Origin: Amoebophrya sp. A120
Taxonomy: Eukaryota; Protista; Dinoflagellata
Assembly (NCBI GenBank): GCA_905178155.1
Contig: CAJINV010000011.1
Span: 3,591,076 to 3,655,075, forward strand
Length of the DNA stretch: 64,000 nt
Direction: 5' to 3'
Every line of letters begins with the position of its first letter. The stretch's first letter is position 1. The notes beneath the pieces were generated by a model that ran no database searches, had not been told where the DNA came from, and saw nothing but the letters and a program-made list of their open reading frames with translations. Positions 13,516 to 25,997 of this stretch are shown in pieces. The translations under genes were made by a program, and so were the position numbers.

Positions 13516-14299
13516 TCCGTCGAAGTTCTTGCGTGGAGAATATACCGTCGTTAAAGTTCAAGTTCGACGGTTTTGTTGGTTGTAGAAAGTAAGCACGTAG
13601 GTAGAACTGCTTCTTATCTGATTTTGGTTTCACTGTACAAAGGTGGAGGTGCTGACACTGAGAAGTATTGTAGATTCGGGACAAGCTGCGTGTCCTTTAG
13701 ATTTTTTTTCCGATGTGCAACTATTTCTACTTGATGTTTCGAGTTCGACCCAGTCTAACTCTATTAATTTCTCTTTCTTGTTTATTTTACATGACAATAG
13801 CGACTTTGGTCCAGTAAGGACCCGAAGCGTTTAGAGCATGACGATTCATCAAAACGCTTTCGTAAAAAACTCAGGAAGTGGACGCTTTGTTCAACAACCG
13901 ATATTCTATTTCACATTGATCTCGGTTTTTTTTTTACGATCCGAATCAAGTGGATCCAAACGACTTAGGCCAGCATCGGTATGATCGTGTCCCATGAAAG
14001 CGGTCTTTCAAAGTAGTGATCGTGTGTTTTTTTTCCTTTTCGCTCTGAAGTGGAAGATGGTGATCGTGACAGAAGTTTTTCAGCAGACCATGATCATGAT
14101 GAAGATTTTGCAGATCAGGACTTTCACGCCAAAATCGTTCGCCGGAAAATTTGCAGCAGCCGAGCTTCTTTTTGCTCTTTCAAGCATGTAACACATAAAT
14201 TTTGCAGATCGGGAAAAAAATCGAGATCGACGAGGATCAGATTTTCATCTGTTGAAATGCAAATCAATGTGTGTGAGAAATAGAAAAAGGAAGATCAAG

Positions 14300-15458
14300 A
14301 TTTATAGACATTGCCCCGCCCTTGCAGGGAAGGGGGGCTGCCAGCAGGTAGTCAATTGTTCGGCTGCGAACTACATCATAGCACAGACTTCGGACACGGA
14401 AAGTCTGCCAGTCTTGCTAACGAACAGCCCGCCCTTGCAGGGAAGGGAAGCTATCGGATGCTAGTTATTTAGACAAAAAAGCCTCGCCCTTGTAGGGAGG
14501 GGCGCCTAGCACGAGCTCGCAGCTGGTGCAAAAGTCTCTTCGCATAGCCGACCATGTAGCGGAAGACACTGAGCGAGACGCAACCTGCTTCCCGCAGGGA
14601 AGCTAGACACACTGGCCCCGGCTTTCTGGGAGCGGGTCTCAACGCAGTTAGGTTGGCCAGCAGCTAGCTAGCTACCGCGCGCGCCCCTCAGCGCTCGCAA
14701 GCACCAGGCGCAACGGCGCAACCCTGAGGCGCAGGTGGCGCGTCAGAGCACGCGGCCACTGCAGCAATAGGGACGCACGCCAAGCGCAGGCGCTGACGGC
14801 ACGAAGGGCCGCGACTGCCGAGAACCAACAAGAGGAAGCCGGGAGCTGCCGTAGTTCTTCGCCCGCATGGCCGGACTGCTGTGTGTGGTGGCACCGGCTT
14901 AGCCGGGGGACCCGCTATCTCTAGTAGCTTGCATTCGCTATGTCTTCCGCATCGCGCGGGCCTTGTGAGGAATGTAAGCCCAGGCGGGAGAGCATTGCGG
15001 CGCCCCTCCCCTTCTGCCTAAGATGCTGGGCAGACGAGGAGGGCGCAAAGCATCCGCGGAAGCGCAGGATGCCCCCCGGCCGCATCACCTACAGGCTAGT
15101 AGCTTATGGCCGATGTGTGCCGGCACTTCGCGGCAAAATCGAGCAACACGGCGCTAGCAGCGAGAATCGCCTTGATGTGGCCGTCAGGAACAAGGAATAG
15201 AGATTGCCGGAGCGTTTAAGCACGCCCGCCCCCCTTGGGGTCGCATAGGCTCCTCCCGGCTCCGATGTTCACCTCTTGCGCTGTTCGCCGGGCCTAGCCA
15301 GATCCATCGCGGACACAGAGGGTAGCCTCGCACCCTTGCTCGTCCGTACAAATCGTTTGGGTGGATCGCTTTCCCGGTGTCACGATCAAAAATCGAGCGG
15401 CACGTACCCCAGACACAGGGCAAAGTGCATCGTGTATAGTATATATTTATAGACATTG
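14300..15458. mobile_element. GC-rich ~1.13-kb insert bounded by the 14-bp direct repeat atttatagacattg; putative non-autonomous element
   Basis: Identical 14-mer at 14300-14313 and 15445-15458, with an abrupt GC shift between them. cgcccttg(c/t)aggga.ggg is repeated at ~14317, ~14430 and ~14485. No recognisable protein. Confidence 0.5.
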
Positions 15459-15966
15459 GTTGCTTATGCGAGTAAACGAAAAACTGGGAAGCGATGCATG
15501 TCGAGTTTGTCGCTTCACATTATTCAGGAATAGCAGTACTTACCGATTTTTTTTTTGAATTTATTTGTTGATAGTCTATTGCAATGTACATAGACATAGA
15601 GTCTTTCTTGTAAAGTAAAGCGAAAGTCTTAGTCTAAGTGACCAAGATCATGGGCAAAATCTATGTTGTAGTTTTGAGCTGAAAATTAACGACGACATTT
15701 AACGAGGATAACCACTACCACAAGCGAAGCACGCTTTCGTCAGCGCTATTGTACATCACACTTCTCGGATCCACACCACAAGAAGCCTCCCTCCAGGAGT
15801 TGAGCAACAGATTGAAGCAGTGATCATATATTCGGCGGTCGTGCACATTATATTCGCACAAATACGGTTTGGTGCGCTCCTCTTCTTGTTGTGATTAACT
15901 ACAACATCCCAAGAAGAACTTTTTTTTCTCGTCTGCACAAGACAAAAAACACAACTGGTGAAAATA

Positions 15967-18900
15967 ATGATGGACTTTCAACACCTGTGCGCAAGGGTTT
16001 TTTCCTTGCTGATAGCGGTCTCTAATGTCGCTTGTGCCAGTGGCGCGTGGATGGCTAGAGTTGCCCCGCGGGCTCCTCCTCCAAAAAATGCAACTAGTTT
16101 AGCAACTCGTCAGGGAAAAAGGAACACAAGCATCGGCAAGCCCAAACTCGATGAGAAAAGGAGAACCGGACAGGACGACGAGCAAGACGGAAACTTCGTT
16201 TCCACCCATGAAATAAGTAGCCGGAGAGCAGCAGCAGCGGCGCCGGCGCCGCGCCGCCGTATGATCCAGTTCGAAGATGATAGTGATTCAGATGACCCCG
16301 ATGCGCCGACCCCGGAGCATGTGTTGGCCCGCGTAAATCCGCAAATCGCCGCAGCCAGGCGACTCTGGGACCAACAGCAGGGGAAGATGCGGCGGGCCCG
16401 CGAAGAGGAAGAACAAGACGAGCGCAAAGAGTACACGGGGGAACCCGCGGCTGAGCCTTGGCACGTTGAGGAAGGCCGAGTGATGAGCAGAGATCATAGA
16501 GTAGATGATGACCTTGAAGGATTTGGAGCGTCCGTTTCGACGAAACTGCCTGCCAGTTCTAATACCACTGGAGACAACACCTTCTTCGGTGCAGGTGCTG
16601 GACCTTCACCGGCGAAGAGGACCAACAAGGAAGACACCGACGCGTCCATCGAAGAGATTCGCGGCCTCATGGCGAAGCTGCAGTCAAGCCTTGAGACTAG
16701 AAGTGGTGCAGCGACTCCACTTACTGCACTACCATCGAGTGGTGACGAGCTGGAGCCCCTGGTGTCTGATTCATCATCTCCCAGTAGTTCTACTACTACT
16801 CCAGCCTCCCAGAGGACGCCCTCGCCTGATTCATTTCCGAGCGCGGCCGCGTTGTCGGGTGGAGCAGGTGCAGGAGGTCCTTCTTCCGGACGAGCGGAAG
16901 TCAAGCCTGCAAGTGGTCTTTCTTTTCGGGAAAATCATGCGTTGCGGCCCCCTCGTCTGACACTACCCCCAAGCTTCAAACCTTCGCAAAGGCTTCGCCA
17001 CGCAGCACCGGTTTCGGATCCGGACATGTTGGTTAATGAAGAAGAGCGGAGTTGCTATCGGGGAGATCATGACGATGATGCAAATCGTGGTGCTACAACA
17101 ACTCTGCTCTCTGACTCCAACGGTGATCGTCAGAGCTGCTCTACTAGTACTGACGAGGAGGAGGCCGCTACGCCCAAGATTCGGCCCCAGGGCGACACCT
17201 TCCGCAAATTGCAGACCGCGAAGGGGCTTGACCGGTCGGACGCCTACAGTCTGCTCGAGACAGTCCGCAACACGCCGCACGAACTGGTGGAGCACGCGCG
17301 GTTGGTACAGCAATTTGGGAAACATTGGATCGAACTGCTAGGCCGCGGGGATAAAATGAGCAACGGCCTGATAGGAGATAGAACAAGTACTAGAAGTAGA
17401 AACAAAAATCTGGAGCCGGGCGACTTTTGGGGTATGTCGCAGTTTGGCTTCGCGAGTAAATCAGGAGCAAGAGCAGCTGGAAATAAGTCGTGGCTCCTCA
17501 GTAGAAGTGCACCTGTATTGAATAGAGCTGGTGGAAATGATGGTCGAGCGGTCACCAGCGCCCGCACTGCAGAGCAGGGGGTCGACGTCCTGCAGGGCGA
17601 TTACGACACTAATAAACTGGATTATCTGTATGCGGATCCATCGCCGAACCTGGTCGTCTTGGCCGCCGTGGTGCGAAAAGTTTGTCGGGCCGCCAGCGTC
17701 GAGGGCCTGCTGCTATCCAGCGAAGTGGAAACGCGGGAAGAACAGCAGGTGCTCGAATTTTGCACCATCATCCGCGAAACTTGGACAAAACACGCACGCG
17801 TTCTGGGCGGGACTCCCGGAAGTCTAGTTTTACTGAAAGCCTGGCTAGGGGACGACGACGAGGACAGTGGTCTTCAAGATGCTGAATTTCATTTGCAGCC
17901 CGAGCACGACGAACAGAGCAAGAAAGCGGAGCTCCCACCTGCAAGCGGCTTTCACCCGCCTGCGCGTCATCAGCCAGCACTTCTGCGGAGCAATGGCCTT
18001 GGTTTATTTGCGCCGGGGGGGCCGCGACGTTCTTATTCTGACTCTCCGCCAGAGGAAGGGTCCACAATATCCTCCACTGAGACGGAAAGCAGCGCGCCTG
18101 CGCCCTCCAGCGTCGCGTCAAGCCAAGAGAGCCGTTATGCAGCCCTGAGGGAGTATGGATGTGTCAGAGTTGAAATCGACAAAGTTGAAATAATTTGCCA
18201 TGCATAAAATGGATGCCAGTTGGAACCCAGTTTCCAAGTGGCGCATGACAAATCTCGGCGGTCCCTAAATCCAGTTTGTCATGCTGTTTAGGCAAAGAAG
18301 AGTGATTTTCTCATGCTACTTTAGCAGCTCGAGCTGTAACCCCAAACAGGCTTACAATCGGCCTCACTTGCCTGCTCTGCAACGCACGCACCTCCGGCCA
18401 TGCATTTTATGCATTACAGATTATTTCAACTTTGACGATTTCAAACCTGACGCCTCCATAGGGAGAAGTTGCAGGAAGGAGAGCGCGCCCTGGAGGCCAC
18501 GGTACTGACGAACATGAGCGAGCTATCCAAGAAAAAAACGTTGTTAGTGTAAATTTGTGATGCTCAACATGCAAGATTATTGCGTCTGTCATGCTTGGCA
18601 TGCGTCGCAGGGTCCATTAAAGAGCGTTTTCGCGTACTATCTGCCCATGACAGGTTTTTGCTGTCATGCCAGACAAATTTGTAATGCTGTTCCTCCAAAA
18701 AAGTTACACCTACAATGTTTTTTTCTTGGATACGAGCTAGCGACCGTGGGAACATCAACGAACCAAAACCTGGCACACAAGAGCCGCGGCTCGCCCGAGG
18801 GCGTGGAGACGGTGCACCTCGTATGGCGGCGATTGGAAAAACGCGCTCGAGCGGATCTGTCCGCGCGGCAGAGCCTCCGCACCTCGCTGCAGCTCGCCTG

Positions 18901-21057
18901 CCGGCTCTTGAAAATGGGGCCAACTTCTACGCCAAGTTCGTCTCCCTCTCCTGGCGACTACAGCACGGGAGAAAGCGTTGTCAGCCCGGGGCTGATTCTG
19001 GGGTTGAAGTTGAACAACTCCGCGGATGTCGGTTCCGCAGAAGAAGCTGTTGTTGCTGAGGACAAGGACCAGTATCAGCGAAGCAAAAAGCAAGAGGCTA
19101 CTTCTTGGTCTACTACAACTTCCCGTGCAGCTGCCAACATCGACTTCAGGTTGCTTCACCGACTTGCCCGCCAATGCAACAAGAGGGAAAAGAAGGAAAA
19201 GACCACGATCAGAGGGATGAAGTTCTCCGAGCTGCTAAACGGCAAGGTATACCAAGAGAAGGAAAAGCAAGGCGAGGTTAGGACGTCACCGGGGAAGATC
19301 GTACCCGTATACGTCTTAAAAGCCGTCCACCCAGTACCGTCCCCGTTGGCCACTGCAATCGAGAGACTGGGCGAGTGGCAGGCAGCGCTCGAGCGGAAAT
19401 TTGCGCTACAAGCAGCAGAAGACCAGATGAGCAGTAATTCGAAAATAAATGCTCCTGCAACTTCTAGGAGTCACCTTCTCTCAGTCTTACGACCAGACAC
19501 TAAGCGGCAGGCGGAGGATGGCGCAAGGAGGTACGTGGGCTATGTGAAGCGGCTGAGGGAGCAACTCCGAGAAAAGATCCAATGGTACCGCGATCCGTGT
19601 AAGGGCGGCCGCTGGATGGAGGCAGAATTAGTCACGAAAGAGGAGGGGTCATCTACCGACATCGAATACGCCGACCGCATCTATGGAAGTTGAAGTTCTC
19701 AAACGTTACATTCGCAATCGTTGCATGAATTTGTGATGCAAGAATAGTAAAAGTGTAATTGTACTGAGTGGCAGGCCGTGGCCCTGACCGGGGGGTATTT
19801 TGCTTTTTGCGCCTCCTGCGTTAGTAACGTCAAATTAGCAAGGAACAAGTTCGTTGTGTGGACAACGGGGGCTGATGCTGATTGAGAACCTAACGGTTCT
19901 TGAGAATCATGTAACAGTTGAGAGTGTAACGGTTGAGAATCCCATACCATTGACAAGGGGAAAGAGAAACACACACTACAAAAAGACGTACCCCGTGCAA
20001 AAATTTTACACCGCCGTAGCCACGACCTAAAAATGAACGACTTTTTTCTCGTTGTACTCGTTGAGGCTGACAAGAAATATCTGTATGCTCATGCAAAATT
20101 ATGAATATACAAATGATTTTAGTAGAACAGCGTGGGATAATTTTGCATAATCCATGAGCACGATCAGTTCGTCTGAATAAAGTGTGTAAAAAGTACAATC
20201 TCAATATGTCATACAGATCGATGACCGCCACCGCTGCATCGTCCTTTTGCATACGTATGGACGTCGATGAGAAACTTGTAAGTGGATCTACCGTCGTGAA
20301 GAGCTTTTTTCCAGGATAGAGCGGGGTCAAGCATTTGCGGAAAACGATTCGGGAGTCCATGATTATGTTAGGCGGTACGATTCCGGAGGACCAAGAACGC
20401 GCGTTTCGTCCCATGCATCCGCTTTGCTGTCCCGTGTTACCGAACTTCCGCCATCCCGACCGTGTTACCGAGCTAGAAAAAATGCAGATACCGAACGTGC
20501 AACAGAGAGCCGCGCTCGCCCGTGTGGTCGCACCCACGGCCGCGATCGGACAGCCTCTGCAGGCTAGTGATCGTGTTGTGCAGGCAGGTCCTCGTCCAAC
20601 AGCGCAAGAGCGTCCGGCTGCCGCTGGTTGTACAACTTCTAGCCACTCAAGAGCAGTAGACGCAGGCAGGAGAGAAGAAGTACTACAAGGTAGAAATTTA
20701 CTCCTCGCGGACTCTAGTACAGCGGCCTCCTCGTCGACCGCATCTTCTTCATCTCCATTTTTACCATTTTCACAACATCCCTCATTTGCGACCGCGGGGT
20801 TCCAGAGGGGTCTACAACCGGGGGGCGCACCATACATCACCTTCCAACCACCTCCGCGCCCCAGTCAGGTTTCGTCTGCGTCAACTGGTGCGTCAAGAAT
20901 GGCTGGAGGGGCGCCGTTGGCGTCGTCCACTTCGGAGCAGGTCGGGGAGGAAAATGGAGTAAAAGCCGCCGCCTTGTCCCTGCGCAGCATTGCCAACCCC
21001 GGAGCCGACGCAGCAGCCCCGCAGACCATCGGAAAAGCGGAGCTGGAGATGTGGTAA
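15967..21057 (+). CDS. Hypothetical large low-complexity protein with an N-terminal hydrophobic segment; multi-exon, 3' structure uncertain
   Basis: A 749-aa ORF is joined through introners (AALRE|KLQEGE...TNMSE|LATVG...ADRI|DKGKE). The link between ~20080 and ORF 20335-21057 is unresolved, so that ORF may be a separate gene. Confidence 0.55.
18154..18460 (+). mobile_element. Introner family C (307 bp), DR gggag
   Basis: TIR tatgga.g.gtcag..ttgaaatcg.caaagttgaaataat and its complement; gggag at 18149-18153 and 18461-18465. Confidence 0.92.
18524..18732. mobile_element. Introner family H (209 bp), DR cgagc
   Basis: TIR tatccaagaaaaaaac/gtttttttcttggata; removal gives NMSELATVG. Confidence 0.9.
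19682..19946. mobile_element. Introner family D (265 bp), degenerate DR gcatc/ccatt
   Basis: Ends catgtaacagttgagagtgtaacggttgagaatcccata, as in 2738-2958; starts tatgg...ttctcaaacgttacattc. Confidence 0.82.
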
Positions 21058-24000
21058 ATATAGGTCTCCGACGACAATAAGAACAGGCGCAACTCCTGTT
21101 CTGTGCAGCCCGGACAAGTACGTCCTTCATTTTTCCCCATTTTGACCGGAATAAAAGACCCAAAAATAACACAAAACTCACAAGAAAGTCGCTGATAGGA
21201 AAGTAACTCGAACTACAACATGAAGAACTACTAGTAGGTACCTCCCGCAAGCTCCTTTTTTACTTTTTTCGAGCAGAGGGATTTCTTTTTCTACTACGTA
21301 CTCGTACTAACGCACGCTACCAAGAGCGCATACTGGTCCGCAGCGTTGCAGTTCGTAGTTACTCGACTTACAGTTAGACATGAAATGAACGAAGAGAACG
21401 CAAGCCGTTCAGGCAGGCACACGTATCTAGAAATTATACGTCGGTCTCGGTACCGCATTCACTCACATAAATGTATGATCTGTGGTAATATCTGATGTAA
21501 GTAAATTCCTGCATTAGGTTCGATTCCTGGTCCGTTTTCTACGACGAGTTAACGAAAAGCGGTCAACAACCTTATTTGATTACGTGCACTAGCACTTCTT
21601 GCTCTTGAACTTGATGATAGAACTAAAAAATACGGCATCCTGAACAAGATGATCGCGCAACCGTTTCGGTAGCGGAACAAGCGACAGCCGAACGGCAGGT
21701 GGTGAACAGGACTTTTGATCCGCCACTTCGCAACTCTAACTGAGCAAAACTGCACTTAAATAATCTGCGACGTTGTGCTAGCACATAGACATAACTTAAC
21801 TGTCTATTTGGACAAAAAAAGCACGATGACCAAAAGCACGAAAAAAAGAGAAGGAAAGGCAAGAACCGGAACGACGAGCCAGCGCTAATATGCAAAAATC
21901 ATTGGAAGAATTTGATTTAATTCCTGGGCAACAAGTTGAGAATCACTTCACATTCACCAAGGGCGGGAGGCTCTTTTCGGTGAAGTATTCTGCAAGACGC
22001 GTTTCCCCGGGAAGATAACATTGTATTCTTCCTTTGTCTTGAGCACAGACAACTAACAGGAATAGCACTGATTAGAAAGCATCAGCTTTATTCCTTTAGT
22101 AGTAGTTACAATTCATCGCGGTTACGTAGTACTAGTTTCGCATATATATTTTCCACTACTCGTACTCGCGTACACTTGTACTCAAACTCCTGTATCTGTT
22201 GTATCTGTAATTTGTTGTAGAAATGTGCTGTGAAAGATGAGGAATAAGTGCTAGCTTGGAGGAATCATTTTTCGGGGCCCGGAAAGAAAGGTTCTCCTGC
22301 AGGTGCCGAAGACATGGCGCCGCCCATGTATTATTTGCAATCTTGACTACAGCATCAGCACCGAAAAATGAAACTCCAAGTCGCACTAAACCTTCGACGA
22401 TGTGTTTTGATCAAGGAGTCAGTTGTGTGCAAGATCGACCTGACACTCGAAGTGAAGAAACTAGAATGTCAAAAGGTCGAGATCTGTAGTCATGGGACCG
22501 GTCTCATATTACCAGATGGAAATGGAATCATTTATTTAGACCTGTTGTGAGAATATGATTTCGCATCTGTGTTGTGTTGCCTGTCTGTCGTCCTAACAGG
22601 TCATTGCGCAACTTTACGACCTGATTAAGCTAGCTTTACTTTTGAACACTTTTTTTATCCTAAATTAAACAATAGCAATGACCGGCAGGTGGGGGGGGAA
22701 GCTGCGACTCGCTTCCATTTGCAACGGTTAGCTCAGAAAGGTATGACCGCAGTGAAAAGACAAATACAACAGTACCAAACTGTACTTGTCGTATGATTCG
22801 CTCCAGCTGACGATTTCTCGTTCCACCTATTTCAACCGAAAAATTTCAGGCGTAGTTTGAAACTAGTATCTCTGTTGTATGATGGATGAAACAAATAGCA
22901 CTACAAATCAAAAACAAAATCTACAAAACTAAACTGCTCTTCTATTGATACTTCAGCGACAAATAAAAACAACAGGCGTACCCGTACGAAAATTAAAAAT
23001 ATTCGCCTATCTAGAAGAAGATCATGATCATGGGGTCGTCCATGGTGGATGAAGAGCATGATTTACCAACGCAGGACCAGGAGGATCATCAACTACAAGC
23101 GGTTGCATATCTTGTTGGATAGCGCACTGGTTTTGGCTGGCTGTTGTATGTGGTGCAGTTGTGCCACCGACCGGGACCGAAGCACGTGCACTGCGACAGG
23201 AACACACGAGTTATTACGACGAGCTTTTTTTATCGAGAAGTATTACTACGTACTAGCGCAGAACTTTTTTTAGGCATGGCATGAGTACATACAACTAGAG
23301 AGTAGACATGAACCACACATGGGTATTAGCACGAGGTTACACTGTATTTCTTGATATCCTTGGAGCTGTCGCGTAGTTGTACGTGAGTCGCAACGAACAA
23401 TACTAGACTACAGCTCTTTATTTGGATTTTATCGTGTCACCGAGTACGGATGATTTTTAGCTTTATCAATCGCAGGACCAAGAGGTGTGCAAATAAGAAG
23501 CTTGATGTGCGATGTGATCGCGTCTTATCCGATGAGAGGAATCATCACTAATCGCTGCGGTAAAATTATATGATGCTGTTGCTGTGCTACCACCCACCCG
23601 GGTGGTAATTGTAATTTTACGAAATGCTGGATATGGATATTGTGTACGAGGCTGAAACACAGTCACAAAAGTTATTACAAAGGAGAAAAATGACAATGAG
23701 GAAACCTTAACCTACTTCGGGGAGCGTTTCTAAAAACTTGTTGTCGAAGAACAAATTCGGCCAAACACCCGACCAAAGAAGTGGTGTTCAGGAGCGAACG
23801 AGCACTGCAAAGAAGTAACGTCCAGAAAATGCAGATGATCGTCGTCTCACTTTCCAAGCGATCTGGTAATCTGGGATCCCGCGATCTGCGTGGGGACTGC
23901 ATAAGATATAGGCAAGCGTGAGCGTGTTTCATCCAAGATCGTTCTTCACGATGAACAGTGGTCGTGCCCTTCAAGTCGGTGCCCCTCCGCCCGCGTTGCG

Positions 24001-24557
24001 TCCGCGCTTCGCCACCAGTACCAGTACCAGTCGTTGAGGACTACTCTCTCTCTCTCTGCTCTGTCGAACTGATGATAACTCACGTATATGTTGATTGCAG
24101 GTGTCGATGCATACCTCTGAAACTAAGCACAAATGCTTGGAAGTGCCGAACTGAAGATAGATCAAGATCTTCAATAATCATGTACCTATGAAAATACAAA
24201 TAGGCACACGGTCAAAAATGTTTGGAAGTGCTGACCTGAAGATCAAGATGTTCAGAAGTCGTAGCCTGGTATGTCATCATCTTGGTTCACCCTGCTCGTT
24301 GCTGCTCTTTCTCAGGCGGATTTCAATGCTTAGCTTCGTCAGGCGTGGCATGATATCACATTTGGTTTAATTTCACTATCATACGGAAAAAAGGCTCTCT
24401 TTAAATAAATTTTTTGATTTTCTATTTGTTTTATGTATTTGTAGGCCTGTAGAAAATAAACCTGAATCGCACATTTTTGTTTTTTCGAGGACAACGATCG
24501 TCAGGGCTCTTCAACATCGCAGCTCGCTTAGTGTAGAACACAACAAGAACGCGTACC

Positions 24558-25997
24558 ATGTTGATGTTTCGATGGTTTTTGTTTGGAGCCGGAGGGGTAT
24601 TCCGAGGTATGGCAGTGAAACCACAAATGGAAAAATCAACGGACGGCGAAGGCAGTTCAACTTCTGGCAGCAGTAGCTCTGCTTCTGCGCGTTATAATGT
24701 TCGAACCCGAGGAGCAGAAGGAGAAGACAGTGTGGAAGTGCATGCTACCACTTGTAGCGAAGATCGAGATTCCAAGGGTCGTTCACGCAAGAGAGCGAAA
24801 CTAGGAGAATTCGGCAAGCAGCAGGCATCGCTATCTCTATCCTCTGTTTTTGGTGCAGGCGGCGAGGGCATCGGCCCGCAGCTACAGGAGCGCCTGCGAG
24901 TACACCTCGATGGTGTGACCGAATTCGTGGTCCTCCCAGTGCTGTATAATAATTCTAGCGGCGCAGCGCCCGCGTGCACCTCCGGTGAGGCTGACGGGAA
25001 CAAAGGGGAGCGGGAAAATAAATGGCGCAAGGAGCACATCCAGGCTTTGGCGAGGGAACAGCGACAAGCCCGCGGAAAACGACTGCGCGAAGTCGTGGCT
25101 CAGGCGGAGAACCTCGCAGAGGAATACAGGTATCCACTGTAAAATCCCCGCACACGACATACAATTACATCAAATGCAGTCTTTGCATGACAAAACTTGC
25201 CTTCAAGTGAGCATGACAAGCGTTACAGTTAGATTTGGCGAAATTCGTACTGCGTTTTGATTTTGTACATGTACTACGGGAAATTTGTGCTGCATAAGAG
25301 GAGCGGAACTTTGGACAGGATTGGACAAGGTGTTGATACAGAAGACGAGGCTAGGCGCAAGATCGCGCGCGTTGGTTCGGCAATTGCAACCTTGGCAGAC
25401 GACTTCCCGCCAGGCAGAGACACGATCGACGTGTTGAAACGCATTTGGGACGCGACGCTTTGCATGGCTATATTTAGGCCTGGCATATACCTGGGGGATA
25501 TAGGGAGCCGACCGCCTGTCCAAGTGGTGCTCGCATTAGAGAAGCTTGCGGTCGCCAATGTTGACAAGAGGAATCATGTGTCGGCTGAGGTGAGAGAGGC
25601 GGCGATCCGCCAGTTGTTTCTGCTCCGCGTGGAGGAGGCTACCAAGTTGCCGAGCCGGCCCCTATTTGGACAAACCCTCAAGGCGGAGCTCCGCGTTTTG
25701 CAACACTTGGCAAGTGAATTCAAAGAGGCACTCTTCAGCGCCTGGTGCAATCTTCAGGATCTACTCGCGCTGATGGACGAGGAGGGGCGCGGGCGGGGAG
25801 CGTTGCCGTTGCCGTTGCGGCTCCTGCATTCAATCGCAGATGACGCAGGTGGATTTTACCGGGATGGGCGGGATGATCGTATGCGGGATGATCGTATGCG
25901 GGCCGTGCAAGAGTTGGAAGAGCTGACGAAAGTGACGGACCTGCAAATCAGTTTCTTGCAGGAGAAGGAGAGAACCGCAGGGACGACGAGCAAGTAG
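24558..25997 (+). CDS. Hypothetical protein; exons 24558-25130 and 25302-25997
   Basis: Two ORFs join in frame (AEEYR|SGTLDRIG) on removal of the family F element. No recognisable domain. Confidence 0.65.
25131..25296 (+). mobile_element. Introner family F (166 bp), DR acagg/agagg
   Basis: Shares tatccac.gtaaa and ttgtacatgtactacgggaaatttgt..tgcata with 6516-6669. Confidence 0.88.

Noticed and set aside
20014-20022. ccgtagcca, matching part of the dinoflagellate spliced leader
   Set aside because: Only 9 nt, lacks the ttttggctcaag remainder and lies in an open frame; likely chance.
20078-20219. Possible further element with inverted ends atctgtatg/catacagat
   Set aside because: Short IR, no direct repeat, and no clean frame restoration found.
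21517-21527. ggttcgattcc, a tRNA T-loop/B-box-like sequence
   Set aside because: No matching acceptor stem, D-arm or anticodon arm could be built upstream.
22130-22868. 10-bp inverted repeat tactagtttc/gaaactagta
   Set aside because: No TSD and no second copy; actag/tagta words are common in this sequence.
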